Shown here piece by piece: positions 38,201 through 52,006 of a DNA stretch of 64,000 bases. A program made the translations under genes and the position numbers. Location: assembly GCA_036785375.1 (NCBI GenBank), contig JAWMAR010001270.1, forward strand, positions 62,001 through 126,000. The letters are read 5' to 3'. Below the pieces are notes generated by a model. That model worked only from the letters and a program-made list of their open reading frames with translations, searched no databases and was not told the origin of the DNA. Within the stretch, counting starts at the first letter, position 1, and every line of letters begins with the position of its first letter. The DNA comes from Leucoraja ocellata (taxonomy: Eukaryota).

Positions 38201-40214
38201 AAGTGGTCAAGATTAGACTTTTATTATATAGAAGGCAAGGCAACTTTAATTAGGCAAGGCAACTTTAATTAGGCAAGGCAGCTTTAATTAGACAAGGTAA
38301 CTTTAATTATGCAACTTTAATTAGGCAAGGCAACTTTAATTAGGCAACACGGCTTTAGCATTTCCAACCCAAAGGCAGCACAGATTTAGCATTTCCAAAC
38401 TATATTTTCAAACCACATTAAGGGCACTGCCAGGTCAGTAAAATCACTCACAGTTTAGTAGACATGTTTTCAGTTTTATTTACAGTTCAGATTGAGAGAC
38501 ATTACCCACTCGCTCCCCCATCTTGCAGAGACTGACTGAGGCACTCAACACTTCCGGGTTTCATAGTCCCTTCAGGAGAGAGAATCTCAACATTTTTAAA
38601 ACACTAATAACTCCTTTATTTTTAATCGATGGGAAAAATCCTCTTGTCCTGCGCAGCGGAAGGGGACTCTAAGTAAGATGGCCAAAAATCACAGCCATCA
38701 GTGGCAGCGTTTTTTTTCTAAAAATCAATATACAGAACAACAGGAAGTGGTCAAGATCAGACTTTTAGTAATATAGATATATGTGTGTGTGTAAATGTAT
38801 GTTATATATACACACTGGACTTTTTTTTCCCGTTTATAGTTTTGCTCACAGTGTACTATGTTTACATATTCTGTTGTGCTGCTGCAAATAAGAATGCCGT
38901 AGTTCTATCTGTGACATATGACAATAAAACGCTCCGCTTGATTTCTTATGAGACTGGCCACCTAGCTGAAGAATTGGAAATTACGAGAGGCACGGATAGT
39001 GTTGTTCGTCAGAACCTATGAAAGATAGGAAGGTATTGCTTTAACGTCAGAGTTTGAGTGTTATCGGCCAGTTTTTGACGCGGAAAGGGCCTGGAACGCG
39101 TTACCACGGGTGCTGGAAGAAGATAAGACAGCAGTTTTTGAAGGGTCTTTTCAATAGGCATATAAATATGTACAAAGGAACTGCAGATGCTGCTTTAAAT
39201 CTAAGATAGACACACAAAGCTTGAGAACTCAGCGGGACAGGCAGCATCTCTGGAGAAATGGAATGGGTGACGTTTCGCGTCGAGACCCTTCTTCAGAAAT
39301 AAGGCATGGTGGGATGTGGATCATATGCAAATAGAGGAGATTAGTTTATCTTCGCATCATGTTCCGCGTAGACATACTAGTCCGAGAGACCCGTTGCAGT
39401 GTTTAACTGTTGTATGTGTTATGATCTATTTGCTTTCGGAGACGAAAGCAAATAGCGGCAAATAGCGTTCGATTCTCACTACTTCAACTGCGAATTATAA
39501 ATCTGCATATTTAAATTAAATTATGTATATGCGTATACGCAGTCCTTGTTATGCGCTTTTTAGATGCCTCTTATTTGTTCCATTGGGACGAAGCGTTATG
39601 CCCTCCGAATCAGATTTAATTTTAGACTTCTGCTTGTAATTCGCAAACACGAATGTGTCCATGCGAGCTTCTGCAACGTTTCTATAAAAAAGATGGAACG
39701 GAACTAAGTTTTTTCCATCGTCTACTGACTAACTAATCATCTACTGACTAACTAACTGACCACTGCATTTCTAGCTTGACAAAATAGAAATAACACACAG
39801 CATGAGAATAGAACTGTTCTCGCGAGTCTGCTGGCGACGTCATGGAAAGGCTTGCGGTCGAATGCTGTGCCTATCTGAAACAAACAAGTCACCGACAGCT
39901 CGCGTTATCACCTTGGAAACTTAAGTGTAGAACAAGAAGTTTAATTTAAGACCATTTCTTAAAAGTCTGCCTCCGGCAATGATACATTTCTAAGGTTGTA
40001 CTGTAATCTTCATTATTTGGCAGGAAGGCACACAATGCTGGAGTAACACAGCGGGACAGGCAGCATCACTGGAGAGAAGGAATGGGTGACCTTTCGGGTT
40101 GAGACCCTTCTTTCCTTTATTGGTCTTTCCTTAATTATTTCGTGTTCGTTCTGGGGAAAAAATAAATACGAGGTAAACTTCTTCGTGGCAATTAAATGGC
40201 TGATTTTTAAATGT

Positions 40215-40648
40215 AACTATATAATATAACCATATAACAATTTACAGCACGGAAACAGGCCATCTCGGCCCTTCTAGTCCGTGCCGAACACTTACTCTCA
40301 CCTAGTCCCATCTACCTGCACTCAGACCATAACCCTCCATTCCTTTGCCGTCCATATACCTATCCAATTTATTTTTAAATGATAAAATCGAACCTGCCTC
40401 CACCACTTCCACTGGAAGCTCATTCCACACAGCTACCACTCTCTGAGTAAAGAAGTTCCCCCTCATGTTACCCCTAAACCTTTGTCCCTTAATTCTCAAA
40501 TCATGTCCTCTTGTTTGAATCTTCGCTACTCTCAATGGGAAAAGCTTATCTACGTCAACTCTGTCTATCCCTCTCATAATTTTAAAGACCTATCAAGTCC
40601 CCCCCTTAACCTTCTGCGCTCCAAAGAATAAAGAGCAATCTTGTTCAA
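40215..40648 (-). mobile_element. CR1 family B 3' fragment (shortened counterpart at 24131-24278)
   Basis: ORF 40302-40577(-) matches the family B C-terminus. Confidence 0.9.
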
Positions 40649-40753
40649 TGTTACCCTTTCTCTGAGAGCATGGGACGATGTGCCATTACCTGACGCATTA
40701 TAAGTCAAGATGAAACGAAATGATTCAAAAATATTATCTGTTTCATCATTCTT

Positions 40754-41013
40754 TACTCAGAGAGTGGTAGCTGTGTGGTCTTTACTCAGAGAGTGATAGC
40801 TGTGTGGAATGAGCTTCCAGTGAAGGTGGTGGAGGCAGGTTCGTTTTTATCATTTAAAAATAAATTGGATAGTTATATGGATGGGAAGGGAATGGAGGGT
40901 TATGGTCTGAGCGCAGGTATATGGGACTAGGGGAGATTTTGTGTTCGGCACGGACTAGAAGGGTCGAGATGGCCTGTTTCCGTGCTGTAATTGTTATATG
41001 GTTATATGGTTAT
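40754..41013 (+). mobile_element. CR1 family B 3' fragment, copy B only
   Basis: TSD ATTCTT at 40748-40753 and 41014-41019; 29-bp tandem duplication at its 5' end. Confidence 0.9.
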
Positions 41014-44000
41014 ATTCTTGACTGCTTGGAGTCCCGGGTATTTCATATGGTTGACGCGTTGTCACTTTTGCTCAGAAGAGCAGAGACGTGTGGTGCCTCT
41101 CCGGCATAGAGGAGCTGAAATATATCCATGAGGATTACTGGAAAGACTACCCCTGTGCACTTGACCTATGTGGGTGCGCTTAGTACGTACTCCATACAAC
41201 ATTTGACAAGTTGTGATGATTGTATTTACAAAAAGAAGATATCGCCTGTAATTAGAGGCAACTTGCTGGCAATAACTATAAAGTTCATAGACTTTAGGGG
41301 GCGCTCGAATGGATAAGGATAATGCAGATTGATTGGCATAATGTCGCAATTGATGACCTTCGGGGATATGCGTTTAATGCATTTACATTTTCAGTCTACA
41401 TCTAAATTCCAGTTTTGTTTAATTTAGTTTAGAGATGCAGCACGAAAACTGGCCCTTCGGCCCACCGGGTCCGCGCCGATAAGCGATCACCGCATATTAA
41501 CACTATCCTACCCACGCTAGGGACATGTTTTACATTTACCAAGCCATTTACCTACATGCCTGCACGTCTTTGGAGTGTGGGAAGAAACCGGAGAAAGAAA
41601 GCCCACGCGGTCACGGGGAGAACGTACAAACCCCGTACAGACAGTCCCCGTAGTCGGGATCGAACCCGGGTCCCCGGCGCTGCAAGTGCTGTTAGGCAGC
41701 AACTCTACCGCTGCGATCACTTGGAAAAGTTCTGGCAAGATAATTACTGGATAATGCTAGATTGCAGATACTTTGAAATCTGAAATTAATCACGAAATAT
41801 TGTGAATTCTAGGTCGTCGAGGACAATCTGTGGAGAAAGAGAAACAGTACATATTTCTATATTATCACAGAAATGATCAACTCGAGACGTTAGTTCTATT
41901 TCGCAATCTGACCTGTTGCAGGATTCCAGTCAATTCCACCAAACGGGAGAAAACAGTATTTTCTTGTTAATGGCAATCCATCACATCTTGTCGAAAGGAG
42001 AATAAAAACGCAATCTAAACAATTATTCCCATCAGACATTGTTAATAATATTTGGAAAACGCATCTGCGATGAGGTCATCAACAATGTAAGGGTCTAACG
42101 TTATGGAAAGCAAAATTATGTTGCCCAAAGCTTTCCGCGCCTGCTGTTTACTAAATGAATCCAATTTAATGAAACTTTAAAAATATAGGAGCCATCTTGG
42201 AAAAATTTAATCGAAGTTAAATTAATAATGCAAACATGATCTTTTTCAGTATTCGCTTGCGGTATCACAATATTTTTTTCTATTAAACAATGGGAATATA
42301 CCGATGCATTTCCTCAAAATGTGACAAATAAAATGTCTTCAAATCCATTTTGTAAGATTATTATTGGCCCATTATTGCAGAACAGCCCATCGCTGACAGT
42401 AGCTTGTAAACATGCACAGAAATCCTTAATTTGTCAGATTTGCCGTGTACTGAGGTTTTCTCGAACTGCCGCTGGTTTCTTTACACTGCTGTCTTCACTA
42501 AACAAGAAACAACGTGCCGCTTTAAATCTGAGTCCAGTCTTCATTATCTTCAAGACCAGCATCACAAACCGGAATGTTCTTGTTGCAGCTCTTCGTTTGA
42601 ACGGTTAATGTGGACAGACTTAAAACCCGAACATTACGCAATCTTTACATGGAAGTTCAAATAGAAGCCATTTACAGAAACAGTTTTTTTAGCAATAGTT
42701 TAGAGATACAGCGCGGAAACAGGCCCTTCGACCCACAGAGTCCGCGCCGACCAGCGATCACCCCGTACATTAGCACTATCCTGCACGCTAGGGACAATTT
42801 ACAATCTTTACCGAAGCCAATCAACCTACGAACATGTACGTCTTTGGAATGTGGGCGGAAACCGGAGCGCCCAGAGAAAACCCAAGCCAGTCACGGGACG
42901 AACGCACAGACTCCATACAGACAGCACCCGCAGTCGGGATCGAACCCAGGTCTCTGGCGCTGTAAGTGCAGCAACTTTACCGCTGCGATACGGTCCTGCC
43001 CGATTTCAGTAATTTAAAAAATATCCAGAGAATTACTGTGTATATTTGGAATATTATGTCCTTCCATTGAACGGCACAAGGTATCTAAGTGAGGCGCATC
43101 AAACATTTAAATTACACGAAAATTTCTTAACCATTTGGTCTACAACAGGTTTCCGCTCGTGCAATTTATTGTGTGTTCTGAAGCCAAAATCATTGATTTG
43201 TGCAGAGGAATGTGAGTATAACCAAGATACGGGGAAAACATAAAGAGTTCAAACCGCCTCGCTCACAACGTTGGCTTCTTGCCTGTAGTCCAAACTTTAA
43301 GTAATCCTTCATTTCTACGATTTTTAAAACAATACTTTGGAGGAAATTATAAGATTAACAGTTTGGTTTAAATCTCCCTAATTTATATTGGCCCATTCGA
43401 TTAATTTACAGCCCCTATTCTCCTGTGTTGTGTGGATGTCAACAGCATAAGTTGATTGCTCTACTGGGCATTATCGGAAGAAAAAACATAGATTTCATTC
43501 ATACGTTAGCTGTCGCGGCTTGGCGCCAATTTTCTGCTGGACTCCCCATAGAATATTGCTGCAATGGTGTTTATGTAAATAGTAGAAATATTAGTTAACA
43601 AAAACCAGCATGGAGATTTGGTTTTGTAGGAATAGCAACCGGAGTTAGTGTTAAAAACGTCAGATGGAAACATAATCAATAGAAAGCTGCGGATGGCGAT
43701 GGTGAGGGCTGAACAGGAAGAGACGAAAAGGGTGATTGTTGCTTGAATGTATATAATCGAAAGAGCGAAAGAGCACAACACACATTGGGAAGGGGGGGAG
43801 ATTCAAGGGAAGGTGGGTGTCTACGTTTGTGCATCTAAATATTCACAAGCACTCCTTACCTTCTACGCGGAACGATTTGTGACAATTAACTGAGTAGGCA
43901 GCTGATGCATATTTAATTCCGAGTAAAAATCTCGATGCTACGGGAGGAGGTTGTGAACACGTTTCAGGAAGTATTGGAAAGCTTTGTTACAATGGGAATG

Positions 44001-44149
44001 GGCCGAACTATGACCTCTCCCGCCGCACGAGCCACAGTCGTGGGATATATTACGTCACGGTCACGTTTCATATATTTACTCATAATTTCCTTTTCCGCAG
44101 AGCAAGTTTTGAGTAAACTAACAACAAGTTGGCAATTTATTCTTGTAAC

Positions 44150-47100
44150 ATGTCGGTGAAAGTTAGAGTTTGGTCCATGGCTCTTCTGGTCATACTAACG
44201 CAGGGTATAGTTAAAATGTGTGCCATTTCTGGTCTAAGTATTATTTTTCGAAAATTCGGACCTGGTTTCGAGCTATTAGGTTCATCTATTAGGCGCTCGT
44301 GGGTTTATAGTTGTTTCGTGCTTTTCGACAGTTGGTTCCTGTATTCTCTGTCCAGTGTTTACAAATGTTTCAATTGTTCTTGCTTTTTCCCCGACAGCTA
44401 CCGAAGTCTATTCGACCAGAGTGTCCCAATTCCCTGCCATCTTGGACGTTGGCGGCGGTGAACATGCTATAATGTATTGCACATTTCCAATATCGAAAGA
44501 CACTATTGGCGTTAATTGGTGGAGGGACGGCATGAAGACATTCCTTGAACCGGACAGTAGAAAACAATTTACGATAGATTCTGGAAGGGAAATATTTACT
44601 CTCCAACATGTGCGTGTCGCTGACTCCGGTCTGTATTACTGTCAAGTGAAGTTCAAGCATCAGGTTATCGGGAATGGAAGTGGCAGCCTGATCACCGTAT
44701 TTGGTGAGTGTGTGTGTTAGGGAAATAAGCAATTTTCAGTTCTATGTCGTTTGTAAAGTCTAGTCGCGAGGATAATATGAAAAATCGCCTGTTGATAAAT
44801 ATCCGGTAATAACAATTTTAAATTACAGGGACCAGTAATTCAAAGCACAATGTACATAATCACCAGGTCGAGTAGCACTTGTGGGACGCGTGGGTATTGA
44901 GGGTTATTCTGTTCATTGTACGATACTTTGCGAGACTCCTTTTCATTGCCACTATGAATGGGCGCAGCCCATTCATTTAGCGGTCCCGAATTTTAAGCCA
45001 ATCTCCCAGATGGATGTATCGCTAAGAACGGGTAAATGCTGAGATGGAAGGAATTCATTCTGAGGTGTGGTTAGAAATGTTTTGCAATGAGATATTTAAA
45101 TAATATTCCTGTTAGTTTGAGTGGCTGGAGTGTGATATCCAGGTTTCTCATCACTAAGAAAAGAGAGTAGGAGCAATTTTAATACGTCGATGGTAGAGTC
45201 TGTCATGCCTCTAATTCTACATCGACAGCTTTAGAACCTCATAAGACCAATGTGCTGCTGCAACCCAAGGACCTTGGTATTCCAACATGTGGGACTCATC
45301 GCTGCTGATTCCAAGCTACTTCAATTAAATCGTTTTTCTTTTTTTTTGACATCGCTTGACACTAATTTTGTCAGGCATAACCTCAGTCTATTCAACCAAT
45401 TTGGCACCGTACGGGGGAAAAAAGAAGTAAACAACATCTCAACTGAAATTATTTAAAGTCCGGGAATAAACAGTAACATTTATTTCATCGTTAAAGATTA
45501 TCCTGATTAAGTGAATTAAGTCAAGCTTTCTAAAGATTTGTAATAAACGGACAAAGCAACCCAACAATCAACTCCCCGTCCAGTTAGACACCGGCTGCAG
45601 CTCGTACGGAAGGAGTTCGCGTTAATAAATGCCAAATATAGGACCTTTTACGTGCAGACCTAAATGAGTAGAATCTCAGCTTTTTCTTTTCCCTCGTTTG
45701 GCTTCTGCCAGCTATCATCATTAACGCCGATCTAGCGTTGTCGATTCACTGTCGCCAAGTTGGCACAACAGATGGAACTGATTTGTATAGAGACACAAAA
45801 TGCTGGAGTAACTCAGCGGGGCAGGCAGCATCTCTGGGTAGAAGGAATGAGTGACGTTTGGGGTCGATACCCTTCTTCAAACCTCGATCCGAAACGTCAC
45901 CTATTCGTTCTCCGAAGAGATGTTGTTCGGTTTAAACCAGCTTTTGTAGTTCTTTCCTACATACTGACATAGAATAAGTGCGCTCGTAGATTGCTTGTAA
46001 TAGAAACCACGGTGTTTCACTATAAGCATTCAATGCGCGAGAAAGGTAGGTGTTCCAGCACTTGGTTCACATGCAGGTAAATGGTTGTGATCGGCATTTC
46101 AAACCCATATCTGATTCTGGTTCTGGTTGATTACTGCGCAAACACCTCATGTGGTTATCTCGCGCAGGTCGGAGTGAGTAGAGTAGAGTAGTGATTAAAT
46201 GTTGAAGTGGGTGTTTTTGACCAGGGTGAGGAGATTTAATCCATATACTACTTAAAGTGCTAACGGGATTAAACATTAATCTTCATGTATAACCGCTTCC
46301 TGTCATCACACTATACAAATCTGTTATATTTCGATTATGATGCCTCCATTTCTTTTGCAACATATGAATGATCCGAACATGGCCACTTTTAAATAATCAC
46401 GGCAGGCTTCTGGCAAAAACTTTCGCGCGATACCGGGGAACGTCCATTCAGAACAGAGTTTATTTTGGAACTCCTTAAATTCTGTTGGCACTCCTTTAAT
46501 TCACCCTCTTTGTATCTTGGTGGAGTTCGTCCGTGTGTCCGCTAGGAAAGGGAGTATAAATGAACGACAAACTGGGAAGTTTAAATATTAAATAATTTGG
46601 TCTTGACAAATACGACTCGGTGGCGAGATAAAATGTAAATATTTGCAATGAAATGGAAAGCGAACACCGATACATTTTTTTTTCTTTGCTTAAGATCCCC
46701 CAACTCCCTTGACAATTGTTCCTGCTGAAGGACTTGGATCTCCACGGAAACTTGTGTGCAAAACTGGCGCCTTTTATCCGGAGAAATTAGAAATATTTTG
46801 GCTAAGAAATAACGAGGAAATTCGCACTGGAATCGAAACTGTGAAAAAACCGAGCGAAGAAGGATTGTTTGTGGCTACTAGTTCTTTGGAAATAACGCAG
46901 CCTGGGGAGGGCAAAGATATTTACACCTGTCTGGTATCACATGTCTCCCTGAAGGTGGCGGCCAGTTTCAGTTATACCCTGGGCCAAGGTAAGACTGGAG
47001 CCAGTTACACATGATATTGGGGCGGTAGATCAAATTCGATCAGATTAATAACTGGACAGCTTTCCGTACACGGAGCGAAGGGTAAATGTGGCTCGCATTT

Positions 47101-50100
47101 ATTTGCATGAAAGCAACACTTGCATGCTGTTTAAAATGAATTGCACTCCATCAGTTCTTGTAAGGAAATCCGTGTGAGATGAATCGACAAACTGAATTGA
47201 TATAATGATTGTAATGAGCAAAAACGTCCTGGGATATGCATATATCTACTGTCTGGTGAAATATATGAAGATAAAGCCTAAATTCCGTTTAACGTCAGTA
47301 AGCAGCTTTCCACACATGGGCACAATACAACGGCAATTGTTTGTCCTGTGGATTCCATTACTAACTTCCATCTGGTGCCTCATGATATACCTTCCAAACT
47401 TTCCGATGTGGGTATTAAAATGCACCTACGAAATGATTTGCCTTGTTGACTTCCGTTTGTATATTTGTTCTGAAATGTATAAATTCTTTACAGTTTCTTA
47501 ATTTTCAGTTCCTTCATCAGGAATTGATCGCAAACAGATGATCGTATATGCAGTAGGTGGATCAGTAATTTTAATTCTGATTACAATCGTGATAAGACTC
47601 AGCTTAAAGATATGGCACGGTAAGAATCTTGATAATAATCATACAATAATCATTTCTATGGTTAAAACGAGAATGTATATGTCAATGGTGTTTGCTCACA
47701 GAGGAGAAAAGGAAACGTAGATGGACATGTAAAGAAATTTCTGAAGCCGGTTTTGATATATGTGTGTGATAATATGATGGATCTTCAAATTCAATTATTT
47801 CAGCTTGGAATTGGATGTATTCAATTATCACCTATGCATATATTTTCAAATATAAGGAATTTTTCAAATCCAGTGTGATTGATAATTAATGCAATGGAAG
47901 ATTACGATTTTGAGGAAAAAACAACTGTGGCTTTCTGTGGCAATGAGCAAAACCAAACATCTCCATATGTTTACATGACATTGCTGTTTCGACATGGACA
48001 CGGTTCCTCATAAACCATTACAATTTTAAAGTTTCAGTTAAAATTTAGGTCCAGTGGGCGCAACATCACGAAAGAGTACAAGATGCGTTGTATTGTTATA
48101 ATTGTGACAATTGGTGCTGCTGAGCACCATCGGATATTTAAAAATGCAATCGTTCTTATTTTCTGCAGTAAATTTGATTAAAATGAGAAGAATAATGTCA
48201 AAATCTACAGATCAATCTTTACAATTCAAGTTGTTTTTATGTAACTCTTATTTCATTCCTCTAGGCCATAACGTAACCTCTGTAGGAATACGTCCGAAAG
48301 GGGAGCCGGTAGGTGAAATGTCTCCTCGTGTTTCAAAATAGGGATTATTCGTAGCAGAAATATTATAAATCAGTTTTATTCTATAGTATCGTGGAATACT
48401 CTAGGGCAGGATGAAACCATTATTTATTTTTCAGGTTACGTCAAGTATACATCCACTAATAATTTGAAAATTCCTGTTGTATCTGCTTCAACATCTTTTG
48501 ACAATTCCATGCCAGATCATATCCTAATTTATTCTAGTGAAAGGTGATGTTTAGGATGAAAATATGAGCCTTTATTAGTTCTGGTGGCAGGAATACTTAA
48601 AAATATACGGTACGGTAATTAAAATAAAAATGAAAAGAACCTTTGTCGAGAATTTAATTTGCTTTCTTGAGCCGTTCTTTAACGTGTTAATTGCAGTTTT
48701 GGCTTCGATCCTTAACGAAGGGCCATTTAACCGGATATCGTGGATAGGGGAGAACCAGTTGATGTGGTGTATCTGGACTTCCAGAAGGCTTTCGACAAGG
48801 TCCCACATAAGAGATTAGTATACAAACTTAAAGTACGCGGCATTGGGGGTTCAGTATTGATGTGGATAGAGAACTGGCTGGCAAACAGAAAGCAAAGAGT
48901 AGGAGTAAACGGGTCCTTTTCACAATGGCGGGCAGTGACTAGTGGGGTACCGCAAGGCTCAGTGCTGGGACCCCAGCTATTTACAATATATATTAATGAT
49001 CTGGATGAAGGAATTGAAGGCAATATCTCCAAGTTTGCGGATGACACTAAGCTGGAGGGCAGTGTTAGCTGTGAGGAGGATGCTAGGAGACTGCAAGGTG
49101 ACTTGGATAGGCTGGGTAAGTGGGCAAATGTTTGGCAGATGCAGTATAATGTGGATAAATGTGAAGTTATCCATTTTGGTGGCAAAAACAGGAAAGCAGA
49201 CTATTATCTAAATGGTGGCCGACTAGGAAAAGGAGAGATGCAGCGAGACCTGGGTGTCATGGTACACCAGTTATTGAAAGTAGGCATGCAGGTGCAGCAG
49301 GCAGTGAAGAAAGCGAATGGTATGTTAGCTTTCATAGCAAAATGATTTGAGTATAGGAGCAGGGAGGTTCTACTGCAGTTGTACAGGGTCTTGGTGAGAC
49401 CACACCTGGAGTATTGCGTACAGTTTTGGTCTCCAAATCTGAGGAAGGACATTATTGCCATAGAGGGAGTGCAGAGAAGGTTCACCAGACTGTCAGGACT
49501 GTCTTATGAAGAAAGACTGGATAGACTTGGTTTATGCTCTCTAGAATTTAGGAGATTGAGAGGGGATCTTATAGAAACTTACAAAATTCTTAAGGGGTTG
49601 GACAGGCTAGATGCAGGAAGATTGCTCCCGATGTTGGGGAAGTCCAGGACAAGGGGTCACAGCTTACGGATAAGGGGGAAATCCTTTAAAACCGAGATGA
49701 GAAGAACTTTTTTCGCACAGAGAGTGGTGAATCTCTGGAACTCTCTGCCGCAGAGGGTAGTCGAGGCCGGTTCATTGGCTATATTTAAGAGGGAGTTAGA
49801 TGTGGCCCTTGTGGCTAAGGGGATCAGAGGGTATGGAGAGAAGGCAGGCACGGGATACTGAGTTGGATGATCAGCCATGATCATATTGAATGGCGGTGCA
49901 GGCTCGAAGGGCCGAATGGCCTACTCCTGCACCTAATTTCTATGTTTCTATGTTTCTATGTTTCTATATGGCCTACATGGCATCGAAACTGCTTCCCACA
50001 AAATTACTATTTTGTGCTGGCTGCTAAATGGAATCCCACAAATGGATCTTCCACTCTGCAATGCTTAGAAGAAGAAATCTCCAAAATCTGCAAAATACTG

Positions 50101-52006
50101 ATATTCGTATTGGCACTGGTTAATTATTGTCATGTACACCGAGATTCAATTATAAACTTTATTTTGCGTGCAATCCGGAAAATGGATACCATATATGGGT
50201 ACAATCAAACCATACCCAAGTGCAAAAAGGGAAATGACACAGGGTGCAAAATATTGTGTTACAGCTAAAGAGAAATTCCACATTTTAAAAGCGCAAGGAC
50301 CAGAACGAGGTAAATCACAGATCAGGATTGCACCATTAGCTTGCTTGACGCCTGTTTAGTAACTTGATAACATCGAGTATAAAGCCGTTTTTAAATCTTA
50401 CACAAGGCGATTTCAAGCTATTTGTATTCTGTCTGAGGGAAGAGGAGAGAATGACGGAAGCTGGTTTACGTGGTTGGCTGGGCTGCAATCACAGGTTCCT
50501 GCGTTTCTTAAGGTCCTGGGCAAAGCTGTCGCTAAACCAATTTGGGATTCATCCCCATATAATTATTTAGACAGTGCAGCTGTGGAATTTGGGAAGAGAC
50601 TTTGGAGACCGTCCAACTTTCCTTGGTCCTCTGGGAAGGTCGAGGCAACGGTGTGCTTTCATGGCGTTAGAATTAATGTGGTTGGACCAGTGCAAATTAT
50701 TGGTGATGTTTATCGCCAGGAAACTCGACCAACACCATTATCCACCCCTTCCTTGAAATGACATAGTTGGTAATATAATTGAAAGCAAGTGAAATGTTAA
50801 TCTATTCCTCTATATCCCGCGTGCATCGATTTTCAGCCCCAGTTACACTTCTAGTGCCATATCAGCTATATAAGCCTGGTCACCCGCAGTATTAAATGTA
50901 CTTTTCTAATAGGTGAGACAAGCACCAATTGAACATACCGCTGCCTATGCTACGCTGAATTTAAGCGAGAGCAAAGGATTTTCAAATGGTCTACAAGAAG
51001 AACAACATGTCGCCTATTCACAGGTAATGCTCTTGGACAGCGTAATTAAGATATGGAATGAGCATTGTTCCAAATGTAGTTGCTTTTCCCAAACTGCAGG
51101 GAAAATATAAGTGCACAATGGCAAATCTTCATTTAAGTAAAACCTATCACCCGCTACTCATCAGAGCATAAATATAATTTTCCTTTCCTTATTCGGGTTT
51201 AAATTCAAATGTAAATTGTATGTGAAGAAATAAAGGGTGGGAAGCTAGGAACACACAAACCTACCCAGTTCTCATAATCAGGGCGAAATTAAATACAAAT
51301 GCAAGACAATGGCCTGGGAAAAGAGAGTAAACAAGCCGTTCAAATTATCCACCGAATAGGGGATTCGTGTCAAAAACTGGGGACGCAGAGCCATAGGAAG
51401 TAGTACCAACTTATATTCTATTGCATTTCGGTGCCACTGATGAAGAGGTGAGCCGCGGTGTCTATTGGAGAGGTACCGGTAGCTTCAGTCTGCGAACCAC
51501 CTCTTGGGCTCGACAGGCAAAATGGATTCCCGCCAATCCCACAAATACACTTTAAAAGGGGCTTCGTATTATGCCAAATATTTAATACTGCGGATACAAT
51601 TTTGAGCATTCACCAATTCTCCTAACTTTCGTAATTACATCGAAGTTGACATAAACGAAAAATAAAATAATTCTTTTGTGGGACAAGAACAGCTCCTCGC
51701 GTTTAAACTCAATATCAAGCAGAAAGGTATAGCCAAAAATAAATCTGCAAATCAATACCATTGTAAAAATAACAACTGATGGGTTGCATAAAATATTATT
51801 TTAAAGCAGTATGCTCAAATTCGTCACTGAATGATTGCCTAATCACCGATCATTAATTACTTTCGCAGACTAAAAGAGGTGGACATGACAAGCTGACCTA
51901 CGCAACTGTGCAACATGACAACCCCAAGAAAACGTCAGCATCCAAACAGAACAACAAATACACGGTGTACGCAGATGTGAATACTTCAACAAAGACGTGT
52001 AACTGA
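44150..52006 (+). CDS. G4: complete inhibitory VJ-C1-TM-ITIM/ITSM receptor, join(44150-44204,44398-44703,46695-46988,47521-47619,48265-48308,50913-51023,51869-52006), 348 aa
   Basis: Seven exons, all GT-AG, phases 1,1,1,1,0,0, 1047 nt open frame. The tail carries AAYATL, VAYSQT, LTYATV (ITIM) and TVYADV (ITSM). AATAAA at 52014-52019. Confidence 0.9.
44398..44703 (+). CDS. G4 V-J Ig exon
   Basis: MYC...VNWW...DSGLYYC...IGNGSGSLITVF; 306 nt. Confidence 0.95.
46695..46988 (+). CDS. G4 C1 exon
   Basis: LVCKTGAFYPEKLEIFW...YTCLVSHVSL; canonical splice sites. Confidence 0.95.
47521..47619 (+). CDS. G4 TM exon
   Basis: GIDRKQMIVYAVGGSVILILITIVIRLSLKIWH, 99 nt. Confidence 0.9.
48739..49965 (+). 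mobile_element. CR1 family A RT fragment in a G4 intron
   Basis: Near-identical to 9217-10450, with one stop (49343-49345) and a 12-bp deletion; TSD ATAT. Confidence 0.95.
50095..50750 (-). mobile_element. Decayed Rex1/Babar-type LINE 3' fragment
   Basis: Similar in layout to 55010-55880. Confidence 0.5.
50913..51023 (+). CDS. G4 cytoplasmic exon 2 VRQAPIEHTAAYATLNLSESKGFSNGLQEEQHVAYSQ
   Basis: tttctaatag| and CAG|gtaatg; phase 0-0; two tyrosines. Confidence 0.85.
51869..52006 (+). CDS. G4 terminal exon TKRGGHDKLTYATVQHDNPKKTSASKQNNKYTVYADVNTSTKTCN*
   Basis: tttcgcag|; canonical ITIM and ITSM. Confidence 0.9.
   Translation, partial: TKRGGHDKLTYATVQHDNPKKTSASKQNNKYTVYADVNTSTKTCN

Larger units (their letters stand above)
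33604..48080 (+). repeat. Tandem segmental duplication, copy B
   Basis: Matches copy A; differs by copy-specific TE insertions and deletions. Confidence 0.95.
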
